The notes: a model not told the origin generated them from the letters alone. DNA of 43,462 nt from a virus (IMGVR_UViG_3300037484_001098:1-43462); one strand, 5' to 3'; shown: positions 34,649 to 43,085, numbered from the stretch's first letter. Translations and numbers: made by a program.

Positions 34649-36385
34649 ATGAAGCGACTCCGCGTCCTGATGGCCCTGCTGTTCCACGTCTCGTTCCTTC
34701 CCGCACTCCCTGGGTGGGCGGCACCTCCCGTCGTCTTGGACCTGATCGTCAAGGGAACCCCGTACGTGGACGTGCGCTCGAACATGAGCACGCTCACCTA
34801 CCTCGCCTGGCTGATCGCTCCATCGCTGACGGATGTCTCCTCGGCGGTGATCACGTCCCTCGCCGACGGGAACAAGACGATTCTGTTTCCGACGAATAAA
34901 ACCTATAAATTAGGCGGGTCGGCCGGGCTTTACGAGGTGTTCGACAACACGATAATCCAACTGGGCAACGCGACGATCCAACTCGCATCGGACAACGCCA
35001 CGCACGGACACGGGTTCCGGGTGTTCGGCACTAAAAACATCACGATCTCCGGGGGTACCATCATCGGGGATCGCGCCACGAGATCCTCCGGCGTCGGCAT
35101 GAACATCCAGGTTACCGGGGGGTTTAGTACCGGCGCAGACAATATTCTGATCGAAAACGTTAAATCAAGGGACGCCTACCTCGACAACTTCAATGTCGGG
35201 GGAGGGGCTACTACCTCCAACCGCGTCCGGATCATCAACAGCGACGGGTGGAATGCGCGAAGATGTGCGCTGTCTATAACGGGGAAGGTGGGGTCGGTGC
35301 GCGTGGACGGGTTCCGGGGAAGCGGAACGAACGGTTCTTCTCCGGAAGCCGGGTTGGATGTTGAGCCGGACGCCGGTGAATCCACCGAAATCATTGATAT
35401 CGCCAACAGTGATTTCTACCTCAACACCGGCCCCGGCGTTTATGTGCAGAAGGGGAACGGCATCAGCACAAAGAGGGTTCGACTCTCGAATGTAAATTCG
35501 TATCTGAATTCCTCGTATGGGTTCAATTTCAGTGGAGCGTTGTACGGGTCCGGGAGCAATCTGAACGGATGGGAAAACGCAGTGGGGGGCATGGTCTTTA
35601 CGGATGCGTCGAATTGGGATGTAAACGGCGGTGTGCTGGATAATAACGCGAATAATAATCTTGAAATAAACAGCAGCCACTATTTATATTTAGGCGGAGG
35701 GATGCAACTGGTAAATTCCCAAGGTGACGGGGCGGTGGTTCGGGTGAATTCAAGTAATATTACCATGGATGTTAAAATAAAAGGAAGCGCGAACCACGGA
35801 CTAAACTTAAACGGTGTTTATAACTCCAATATTTCCGCTGATGTGTCTGAATCGCAATTATCGGGAGTATATGCTGCGGCGTTGGATAATTCCACATTAA
35901 GGCTTGGATCAATAATAAACAACAACCAAGCGACCGGGGCTAATTTTGGCGCATTACTTGGAGCAGTAAAATACTCAAGGATATACGGTGGTTTATTTAA
36001 GGGGGCGCATCAATATCACTTAATAGAAACCAGTTCATCCGTAGGAAACACCATCGAAATGAACGACGTTTCGGACAACGCAGCGATCGCGGGGAAAATC
36101 AATATCGGTGGAACGGACACGACCGTCCGTGGAAACAAGCGCGGAACCGGAGCCTCGAACGGCCGCGCTACTCTCGCCAGCGGAACGGTGACGGTCAGCA
36201 CGAACGAAGTGGTCACGGGGGATTCCATTTCACTGACCCGCGTGGTTGGGGGCGGCACCGGGCGGGGGATGCTGGAAGTCGGAACGATCGTCAACGAGAC
36301 CTCCTTCGTCATCAATTCCACAGACGCGGCGGGGACGGTAGTGACGACGGATAACTCGGTGGTTTATTGGGAAATACGGCATTAA
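34649..36385 (+). CDS. Signal-peptide-bearing tailspike/depolymerase (right-handed beta-helix, pectate lyase-like)
   Basis: MKRLRVLMALLFHVSFLPALPGWA|; DVR..TILFP..TY, NITISGG.I.G.R, P.AG.D.EP, Asn-rich repeats; C-terminal G.ATL..GTVTV...SFVINS domain. Confidence 0.8.
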   Translation: MKRLRVLMALLFHVSFLPALPGWAAPPVVLDLIVKGTPYVDVRSNMSTLTYLAWLIAPSLTDVSSAVITSLADGNKTILFPTNKTYKLGGSAGLYEVFDNTIIQLGNATIQLASDNATHGHGFRVFGTKNITISGGTIIGDRATRSSGVGMNIQVTGGFSTGADNILIENVKSRDAYLDNFNVGGGATTSNRVRIINSDGWNARRCALSITGKVGSVRVDGFRGSGTNGSSPEAGLDVEPDAGESTEIIDIANSDFYLNTGPGVYVQKGNGISTKRVRLSNVNSYLNSSYGFNFSGALYGSGSNLNGWENAVGGMVFTDASNWDVNGGVLDNNANNNLEINSSHYLYLGGGMQLVNSQGDGAVVRVNSSNITMDVKIKGSANHGLNLNGVYNSNISADVSESQLSGVYAAALDNSTLRLGSIINNNQATGANFGALLGAVKYSRIYGGLFKGAHQYHLIETSSSVGNTIEMNDVSDNAAIAGKINIGGTDTTVRGNKRGTGASNGRATLASGTVTVSTNEVVTGDSISLTRVVGGGTGRGMLEVGTIVNETSFVINSTDAAGTVVTTDNSVVYWEIRH

Positions 36386-36409
36386 CTTCTAACGGCGGAA
36401 AACAAGATC

Positions 36410-36437
36410 ACGGCCCTTGCGAGGGCCGTTTTCTTTT
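36410..36437 (+). terminator. Intrinsic terminator
   Basis: ACGGCCCT-TGCG-AGGGCCGT-TTTCTTTT. Confidence 0.7.
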
Positions 36438-36446
36438 GGGGGAACG

Positions 36447-36917
36447 ATGCGCGAGAACTTTCCGGCGGCGATCGTCAACCTGAAGGAGTGGGAGGGGTTT
36501 GCCAGCAACGACCCGTACGACCCGGGCGGCGAGACGGTGTACGGCATCTCCCGCCACTACCACCCGGAGATGTGGGTTGACGGCAAGCCACCGACGTGGG
36601 GCCAGGCGGAGGCGTTCTACCTCGCGCTGTGGGTCGCCGGCGGGTGCGACGAGCTCGCATCGCCGGTGGATTGGATCCACTTCGATTCGTGCGTCAACCC
36701 CGGGCCGGGGGCTGCAAAGGGATTCCTCATGTGGAGCGCGGAGCACAAGGACCCGAACCGGCAGGCCGTGGAGTACGCGATTCTGCGGATCCGGTACTAC
36801 CTGAAAACCATTCGCACGAGGCCGACGTCGTTGCGGTACATGTGCGGGTGGACGGACCGGACGCTGGATTTCCTGCAGCGCAGCGTCATCAACACGTGGG
36901 ACATGGAGCTGCTGTGA
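36447..36917 (+). CDS. Endolysin, glycoside hydrolase family 108
   Basis: EG...NDP.DPGGET.YGIS, FD..VN.G, GW..R. Confidence 0.88.
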   Translation: MRENFPAAIVNLKEWEGFASNDPYDPGGETVYGISRHYHPEMWVDGKPPTWGQAEAFYLALWVAGGCDELASPVDWIHFDSCVNPGPGAAKGFLMWSAEHKDPNRQAVEYAILRIRYYLKTIRTRPTSLRYMCGWTDRTLDFLQRSVINTWDMELL

Positions 36918-36998
36918 GCCACTACTGCCTCTTCGGGATGTGGATGCCGCCGGAGATATTCATCCTGCACCTGGAAATGAGCCGAAAGGAGAGATCCG

Positions 36999-37136
36999 AT
37001 GACAAGGGCGACGTTCGTCATGGTGGTGGGGATGATCCTGCTGGCAGGCTTGATCCTTGCGGGGAAGGTCGGGTGGGCGGAGGCGACCCCCGACCCGGTA
37101 GCGGGTGAAATCGCGTGGTACTGGGGGAAGGGGTGA
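36999..37136 (+). CDS. 45-aa hydrophobic/signal-like peptide
   Basis: AAAGGAG RBS; MTRATFVMVVGMILLAGLILAGKVGWA|EAT... Confidence 0.5.
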   Translation: MTRATFVMVVGMILLAGLILAGKVGWAEATPDPVAGEIAWYWGKG

Positions 37137-37140
37137 GGCG

Positions 37141-37395
37141 ATGACCGATCAAAAAGAGTGGGGCGTCGCGGCGGATCTGCGCAAAATCCTTTCCGACGAC
37201 AACGGCAATCTCTCGTCCAAGCGCGTCCTGTCGGTGTCGTGGGGGCTGGCCGTACTCGTCGTGTGGTCGTACGTGAGCGTCCGTTCGCGTACGCTCGCCG
37301 CGATCCCCTGGGAGGTGTGCGGCACGGTGTTCACCCTGGCCAGCGTCACGGCGGCGGGGAAGTGGGGCGAGAAGCCTCCGCCCCCGGGAACGTAG
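37141..37395 (+). CDS. Putative holin
   Basis: D..G.LSSKR followed by two TM segments; within the lysis cassette. Confidence 0.6.
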   Translation: MTDQKEWGVAADLRKILSDDNGNLSSKRVLSVSWGLAVLVVWSYVSVRSRTLAAIPWEVCGTVFTLASVTAAGKWGEKPPPPGT

Positions 37396-37404
37396 GAACA
37401 CGGC

Positions 37405-37776
37405 ATGTGGGAATGGATTACTTCCAGCCGGGCAAACAAGGTGATTGCGGGGGCCATTGCGGTACTCTTGGCCCTTGCCCTGGCCTCCCTTGCCGGCGCG
37501 TGGCACTTCCGGGGCCAGATGCAGTCGGCGAAGAAGGCCGAAAAGGTCCAGCAGGAGCGGGCGGACACCCTTGTAAAGGAGGGGGAGGCCAAGGACGCCG
37601 CGTTCCGGAAGGCCATCAGCGCGACGGAGCCCGCCCTCCAAAGCGCCCTCGCCGGGGTGCGGGAGGCAAAGGCGAGCCTCGCCCAGGCGGAGGCCGCGCG
37701 CCGGGAACTGTGGATCCCGCCGGCGGTCGATAACCTGGCTGCGCGGTTCGACCGGGCCGTGGAGGCGCTGCGATGA
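37405..37776 (+). CDS. i-spanin (Rz)-like protein
   Basis: N-terminal TM plus coiled coil. Confidence 0.6.
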   Translation: MWEWITSSRANKVIAGAIAVLLALALASLAGAWHFRGQMQSAKKAEKVQQERADTLVKEGEAKDAAFRKAISATEPALQSALAGVREAKASLAQAEAARRELWIPPAVDNLAARFDRAVEALR

Positions 37777-38225
37777 GGCATATTCCAAGATATCTCGGGA
37801 TATGTCTGTTCGCCGTGGTCTTCTTCGCCCCCTTTCCCGCCGGCGCCGCCGACCTCCTGCAGCTCGGCCAGCCTGCCCCCCGGCAGGGGATCCTCCTCGA
37901 CGTCCAGACGTCGTTTAAGGTGCTGCAGGCCCTCGAGGATTACCCGAAGCTCAAAGAGGAAAGCGCGGCCCTGCGCGCCGTCGTGGCGCGGCACGGGGAA
38001 CTGGAAGAAATCCGGGTCGAGCGGGAGAAGCTGTACCAGGACAGAATCGCGTTCCTCGAGCTGCAGGCGGAGAAGTGGAAGCAGCTGAACAACGCCTCCC
38101 TGCAGTTGGCCCGGGACACCCGGGAGTCGCAGGGTTCCTGGTGGGACAAGTTCCGCCGGGACGTGGGTACGTTCTCGCTCGGCGCCGTGTTCGCCATCGG
38201 GGTGGCGGCGGCGATCGCGTTCTGA
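37773..38225 (+). CDS. Spanin-position protein: signal peptide, coiled coil, C-terminal TM
   Basis: ..FAPFPAGA|ADL; C-terminal FSLGAVFAIGVAAAIAF. Confidence 0.55.
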   Translation: MRHIPRYLGICLFAVVFFAPFPAGAADLLQLGQPAPRQGILLDVQTSFKVLQALEDYPKLKEESAALRAVVARHGELEEIRVEREKLYQDRIAFLELQAEKWKQLNNASLQLARDTRESQGSWWDKFRRDVGTFSLGAVFAIGVAAAIAF

Positions 38226-38260
38226 CTCGTTGGTGAAATAACCGAAGGGCGGACACCCTC

Positions 38261-38566
38261 ATGCACGATATCAACGAGTCCTACGATTCCGAGGGGAAGT
38301 TCATACCGCGTCGGGGGAAAGTGATGCCTACTGGTTTTTCCAACGAACAAATGATGCACCTGATCCTCGAAGGCCAACAGGGTATCCAGAAGCAACTCGC
38401 CCTATTGGTAGAGAAGGTTGACAACGTAACACTTAAGGGGTGCGCTCATCGCCAGGACGACCTTCGGCGGATAGAGGAATTGGAAGGGTGGCGCACTAAG
38501 GGCATCATCGGCATCATCGGATTGGCGATCAGTACTGCAATTGCGTTCATCACGGGGCATAAATAG
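38261..38566 (+). CDS. Membrane protein (holin/XhlA-like), last late gene
   Basis: Coiled coil, RI.ELE.W then C-terminal TM; start uncertain. Confidence 0.55.
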   Translation: MHDINESYDSEGKFIPRRGKVMPTGFSNEQMMHLILEGQQGIQKQLALLVEKVDNVTLKGCAHRQDDLRRIEELEGWRTKGIIGIIGLAISTAIAFITGHK

Positions 38567-39007
38567 CCCCGAGTGCCGGGATTGCCCCGCCCGTAGCGCA
38601 GGGCTGCGCCTGTGCCACGATCCGGACCTCCGACGAGCCGTAGGGAGGGAGCGGGACGTGGTACGAGCAGCTATTCACCGCTGGGAAGTGGGTCGGGCTG
38701 GGGATCCTCGTCGGGTTTGCGGCGGAAATTGGAAGGTAGGCACTCCCCCCCGGGGGGCCGGGAGCTTATCCCCCCGGGAGGGCCGCCCCGCTGGCACGGG
38801 GCTGAAGGCTGCATATCATGGATCGCATTCCAACTTCAAACACGGTGCTCGACACGGATACGTGAGGCTGGCCCGCCCCCCTCGTTCATTCTCCCCCGTC
38901 CCGCGCACGCTGTACGGCCCGCTTGCTACGAAGTGGATCTCCTACGACCTCGGACAGGGCTGGGCCCGGGGATACCGGAATTCGCACGTAAAGGCCCCTG
39001 TGGGCGA

Positions 39008-39233
39008 TGTGTCATCCCTGTGTCATTTTGGGGGCACTTTTCGAGCGATACCGCACGACGCCGCACGAATCGGCAACATACAACTATGTGATTTCTTGGT
39101 AAGTCGTGGAGCCGGCGGTCGGGATTGAACCGACGACCTGCTGATTACGAAACAACAGGACATGATTTCTGAATTTCTTCTATTTCAGCAAGTTGCCTTA
39201 TGATATTTTCCTTCTGTGTCATCTTTGTGTCAT
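39008..39233. mobile_element. attP-like region with arm-type repeats
   Basis: TGTGTCAT pairs at 39008/39019 and 39215/39226 flank the tRNA core; IHF-like site at ~39081-39093. Confidence 0.75.
39107..39151 (-). tRNA. 3' half of tRNA-Thr(CGT), att core (not a complete tRNA)
   Basis: Minus strand TTCGTAA-TCAGC-AGGTC-GTCGG-TTCAATC-CCGAC-CGCCGGC-T-CCA; no D-arm or 5' acceptor strand upstream. Confidence 0.9.
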
Positions 39234-39669
39234 AGGGTGGAATAGTAATACGTTTTACATGCGTCGGTTTCCAGTTCTTTGGGTCTGCCACCATAGACTT
39301 TAATTCCTGGAACAGTATTGATCTTTCATGGTAATACAAGTGTTTCCGTGAAAGAAAGTCTGCCATCCTGTGGCAAGTAGGGCACAACAACAGCATGTTA
39401 TTCATATTTGATTCACCACCCCACTTAACTGGGAGAACATGATGGTAATCAAGCATAAATATATCGGTTTCTTCGTGTATATACTTCGGCGGCTTCCAAT
39501 CGCATATTTCACAGGAATCAAATCCCGCCTCCCTTAATCCCTTCTTAAGTTTAATCTCAACGTGTTTCCTCTTTCGCTGAACCTTCTCATTCGTTACCCC
39601 ATTTACAGTAAACCTGTGTCGCGATCTCTTGTCGTAAAACTTTGGGTCATTCGGATCCCATGGGTCCAT
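39145..39669 (-). CDS. HNH endonuclease (AT-rich cargo gene)
   Basis: CEIC...HHVLP..GG....NMLLLCPTCH; visibly AT-rich; stop codon lies in the att core. Confidence 0.85.
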   Translation of the reverse strand: MDPWDPNDPKFYDKRSRHRFTVNGVTNEKVQRKRKHVEIKLKKGLREAGFDSCEICDWKPPKYIHEETDIFMLDYHHVLPVKWGGESNMNNMLLLCPTCHRMADFLSRKHLYYHERSILFQELKSMVADPKNWKPTHVKRITIPPYDTKMTQKENIIRQLAEIEEIQKSCPVVS

Positions 39670-39673
39670 GCCG

Positions 39674-40735
39674 TTACCCCGCCTTTTCCTTCTGGATTTC
39701 CGCCGTGTCACCGAGCCGGGCCAACATTTCGCGCAAATGCTCCTGCGTGACGTGCGTGTAGCGGTCCGCCATCTCCTTCGTCGACCACCCCAGGAGCGCC
39801 ATCCGAGCGTCCGGGGTGATCCCCGCCATGGCCGAGCGGGTAGAGAAGGCGTGCCGGAGGTGGTGAAGGTCGAGGTCCCGGTGGCCGGCGAGGTCCGCCG
39901 CCCTCCGGAAGTACCGTGTGACCGTATCGGCGTTCCTCCACCGCGGGAAGAGGTACTCCTTCGGCTTTCCCCGGGCCCCCAGGAGCGCCAGGATCTCGGG
40001 CGACAAGGGGAAGGTCCGGTGCTTCCTTCCCTTCCCGATGATCTTCAGGTCGTCGGGCCCCACCTGCTCCCACTTCATCCGCACGAGCTCCCGCCGGCGC
40101 ATCCCCGTCATCCAGTAGACCCGCAGCATCCGCCCGAAATCTTCGTCCGCAGCCGCCGTGATGATCTCCTCGAGGATATCCGGGGTGATGTACCGGGGCG
40201 TCTCCGGCTCCTTCGCCGACTCGTGCATCGTCCCGTAGGGGCGCCGGCGACGCTTCGGGAACGGATTCTTCCGGAGGTAGCCGAGCTCCGCGGCCAGGGA
40301 AAAAGCGGCGGACAGGTGCCCGAACCACGTCTTGACGCTCCCCTCGGCGACTCCCCGGAGCAGGTCGACCCGGAGGTCCTGGACGTGATCCGGCCGGATC
40401 GTGTGGAGGAGGCGGTCCTTGCCGAAGAAGGCAATCGCGCGGTCGAAGGCCATCTTATCGGCCCGGAGGGTGTCGGGGGAGTACCCCTTACGGGAGGCGA
40501 GGTATTCGTCCCGATACCGCTCGAGGGGTTTGCGGACCTTCCCGCCCAGGGTGGCGACCTGGTCCTCGAGAGAGAGGCTGCTGGCGGCGTTGAACAGGAG
40601 TTCGGCCCGCTCGGGATCCTGCGTCTTCAGGGAACGTCGACGCTGGCCGTCCCGGAGGTAGAAGTACCCGTCTCGCGGATTTCTCCAAAGGTGGAGCACG
40701 AGGCGAAGTTTACCCGCGGAGGGAATCAAGCGCAA
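39674..40735 (-). CDS. int: Tyrosine integrase
   Basis: TGMRR.EL, GKG, HHLRH, LLGW, RYTH catalytic set; start uncertain. Confidence 0.93.
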   Translation of the reverse strand: MRLIPSAGKLRLVLHLWRNPRDGYFYLRDGQRRRSLKTQDPERAELLFNAASSLSLEDQVATLGGKVRKPLERYRDEYLASRKGYSPDTLRADKMAFDRAIAFFGKDRLLHTIRPDHVQDLRVDLLRGVAEGSVKTWFGHLSAAFSLAAELGYLRKNPFPKRRRRPYGTMHESAKEPETPRYITPDILEEIITAAADEDFGRMLRVYWMTGMRRRELVRMKWEQVGPDDLKIIGKGRKHRTFPLSPEILALLGARGKPKEYLFPRWRNADTVTRYFRRAADLAGHRDLDLHHLRHAFSTRSAMAGITPDARMALLGWSTKEMADRYTHVTQEHLREMLARLGDTAEIQKEKAG

Positions 40736-40922
40736 CCTTTGCCTGACGGTGGGGCTCTTCGAGGAAGGCGTCGATCGACTCCCGGGAGACGACCCACTTC
40801 TTCCCGACGTGCCTCCCGCGGATCTTCCCCTGGTGGAGGAGCTGCCGGATCGTGTGGTGGCCGAGCCGGGAGTAGAGGCACGCCTCCTTGAAGGTCATCC
40901 AGACGGGGAGGGGGGCGTTCAT
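40710..40922 (-). CDS. xis: Excisionase (HTH_17/MerR-like)
   Basis: WMT.KEA..Y......TIR.L...G.I.G..VG.KW.V.RESID.FL. Confidence 0.85.
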   Translation of the reverse strand: MNAPLPVWMTFKEACLYSRLGHHTIRQLLHQGKIRGRHVGKKWVVSRESIDAFLEEPHRQAKVALDSLRG

Positions 40923-42625
40923 CCGAACAACTCCTCGGAGGCTCGGAGGTCGGACTTGCTGCCGGTCACCAGCTCGAGCGTCCGGAGGCGTCCGAGATAC
41001 GTTGAAAACGTCCCGCTGCCGGCGGAAAGTTCCGCGGCCTCTCCCAGTTCCTCGGCGGCCGTGGCGCGCGGATACCGATCGGCAAGGACCCGGAGCATCC
41101 GGGCGGCGCCGGAGTTGCCGAGCTGCCCGAGCCAGTATTCGAGGAGGTCCCGCCCCTCGGGCAGGGGATCATGCGATCCAATGGCCGCGCGCCCCGCCTC
41201 GGTGATCTCGATCCGGTCCCGGCTCCCGTTGATCCAGCCGCTCGATCGAGCCCGGCCGAGGTAGGTGCTGAAGGTGCCGCTCTTGCTCGACAAGCCGGCG
41301 CGGAGCCCCAGCTGCCGGGCCGTCAGGCCGTTCCGCTGCGCCAGGGCGATCAGCATCCGCTTCAGGCCGGACTCGCCGAGGGAGGCCGACGGGAATACCC
41401 GTTGACCTTCCGGCGCGCGGTGTTTTTCAAGGGGAATCGGGCGTTCCGGCAACTTGCTTCTTTCGGCAAACTGCCCCGGATGCTTGAGCGCTGCCCCCAT
41501 AACTGACCTGGCCAGCCCCTCGATTTCGGTCAGCCATCGACAGCCGTTCTCGGCCATTTCGGCGAGGCGCTTTATTTCCGGAGCGTACCGCGCGCGGTCC
41601 TCCCGAACCGCCGCCTCCCGTATCCGTGCGATTTCCTCCGGCCCGGGGTGGACGATCGCCGGCGCCGCCTTCGCCTTCCGCAGCTCTCCCTCGAGGACGG
41701 CGATCCGCCGGCGTAGCTCCTTCGGATCCTCGGCCTTCGCCTTCTCGATCATCTCCGCCAGGTCCGTCCGGAGCGCCTCGACGTCGACGGCGGACAGGCT
41801 AGCCGCCCGGGCGGCCTTGCCTACCTCGGGGGTGGCGGAGGCGTCGAACGTCTCCTTCTTCGCAAACTGGACCCGCTTGTAGATCCGCAGCCAGGCCGGG
41901 GACCAGACGTACCCTTCCCCGCGGCCAAGGGAGGGGAGCTCGCCGACCAGGCTGCGGTCCGCGCCCGCCTCCTGGACCCATCCCTCGAGGGCCTTCCGCT
42001 CGTGGGGCCCGGTCACCTGGAGGACGAACAGGCACTCGACCTGGTTGAGCGCGTTCTTGTTCACCGACTGCGGCCGCTGCGTGACGAGGGTGCAGCCGAT
42101 CCCGTAGTTCCGGCCGAGCCGGACGATGTGCTCGTACGCCCCGACCATCCGCGCCTCGTCGTGTCCGACCCGCTCCGGGATGAGGAGCTGCGCCTCTTCG
42201 ACGAACAGGTGCATGGCGGTCCGCTGCTTCTTCTTCAGGTGGAGCAGCTCCTCGGCGAACTCCCAGGAGAACCGCTTCCGCTCGTGGATCCGGAAGCTCG
42301 AGATGTCGAGGACGGCGGAGATGTTCTTCTCGACGATCAGCTTCGCCAGCCGGGGCCCGCTCTCCGGGGCGATCGGCACGTCGCCGTGGTCGCCGCCCAG
42401 GACGAAGATCTCCTTCCCCTTCGACTTCCCGTCGGCGCCGACCCTCAAGCCCCACCAGTTCCCCACGACGTCCAGGCAGACCACCTGCGCGCCGGCGTCG
42501 AGCATCTGCTCGGCCATCATCGTGGCGAGGTAGGTTTTCCCTGCGCCCTTCCGGCCGATCGCGCCGAAGGTCTGCGTGACGCAATCCAGGGGGAGGGACA
42601 AGCCGGAGGCGATGCGGATGGTCAT
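40919..42625 (-). CDS. HerA/DUF87-like ATPase with C-terminal tandem winged-helix repeats
   Basis: GRKGAGKT, LFVEEAQ, GRNYG, TQRP; repeats SGTFSTYLGRARSSGWI and SGTFSTYLGRLRTLELV. Confidence 0.85.
   Translation of the reverse strand: MTIRIASGLSLPLDCVTQTFGAIGRKGAGKTYLATMMAEQMLDAGAQVVCLDVVGNWWGLRVGADGKSKGKEIFVLGGDHGDVPIAPESGPRLAKLIVEKNISAVLDISSFRIHERKRFSWEFAEELLHLKKKQRTAMHLFVEEAQLLIPERVGHDEARMVGAYEHIVRLGRNYGIGCTLVTQRPQSVNKNALNQVECLFVLQVTGPHERKALEGWVQEAGADRSLVGELPSLGRGEGYVWSPAWLRIYKRVQFAKKETFDASATPEVGKAARAASLSAVDVEALRTDLAEMIEKAKAEDPKELRRRIAVLEGELRKAKAAPAIVHPGPEEIARIREAAVREDRARYAPEIKRLAEMAENGCRWLTEIEGLARSVMGAALKHPGQFAERSKLPERPIPLEKHRAPEGQRVFPSASLGESGLKRMLIALAQRNGLTARQLGLRAGLSSKSGTFSTYLGRARSSGWINGSRDRIEITEAGRAAIGSHDPLPEGRDLLEYWLGQLGNSGAARMLRVLADRYPRATAAEELGEAAELSAGSGTFSTYLGRLRTLELVTGSKSDLRASEELFG
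41964..42619 (+). repeat. Diverged direct repeat, copy 2 (copy 1 at 1-656)
   Basis: Offset 41963; similarity ends at the ATPase start codon. Confidence 0.95.
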
Positions 42626-42852
42626 TTCTTTCCCCGGATGGCGGAGGCGCGATCACGGCACGCCGCATCCCACCCTTTTCCGTATTCTGATTCTTCGCCG
42701 CATTCCCCGCCGGGGAATACCACCTTCGCGCAGTCCTCCCGCACGGCTTTCCCGAAGGCGTCGATGAGTTTGTTCGATTCGTTCAAGTTTGCGCGATACT
42801 TGGCGTTGTCGATAATCCACGACTTCAACTCCCGTTCTTCCATCATCTTCAT
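42622..42852 (-). CDS. Hypothetical phage early protein
   Basis: AVREDCAKV..C...ASAIR; ATGA coupling. Confidence 0.55.
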   Translation of the reverse strand: MKMMEERELKSWIIDNAKYRANLNESNKLIDAFGKAVREDCAKVVFPGGECGEESEYGKGWDAACRDRASAIRGKK

Positions 42853-43085
42853 TTTCCCAGTGCGGCGGCGAGATGCCACCGCATGTTCTTTCGGATGGCT
42901 TCCGGGAACGTGACCACATTCGTGTGGCCTCCCGGCCGGTCCTCCCAGTCGTGGTACGCTTCGATGCAGTCCTCTTTCACGGCCTTGATGAGCGCACCTA
43001 TCTTCAACGAGACGGACCGCCTCATCGCCGGGTTCGGCACAGCCACGCGGATCTGATCCCTGAGCGCCTTCTCCTCTTTCGTCAT
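42849..43085 (-). CDS. Hypothetical phage early protein
   Basis: ORF track; ATGA coupling; AVKEDC..AIR resembles the downstream gene. Confidence 0.55.
   Translation of the reverse strand: MTKEEKALRDQIRVAVPNPAMRRSVSLKIGALIKAVKEDCIEAYHDWEDRPGGHTNVVTFPEAIRKNMRWHLAAALGK

Noticed and set aside
39107-39151. Functional phage-encoded tRNA-Thr
   Set aside because: Only the anticodon loop to CCA is present; the 5' half is replaced by HNH coding sequence
39668-40891. Long antisense or alternate-frame ORFs (here and e.g. 39-830, 9844-10992, 12694-13965, 14088-15332, 27295-28850)
   Set aside because: These are shadows of real genes in GC-rich DNA, with no motifs or RBS
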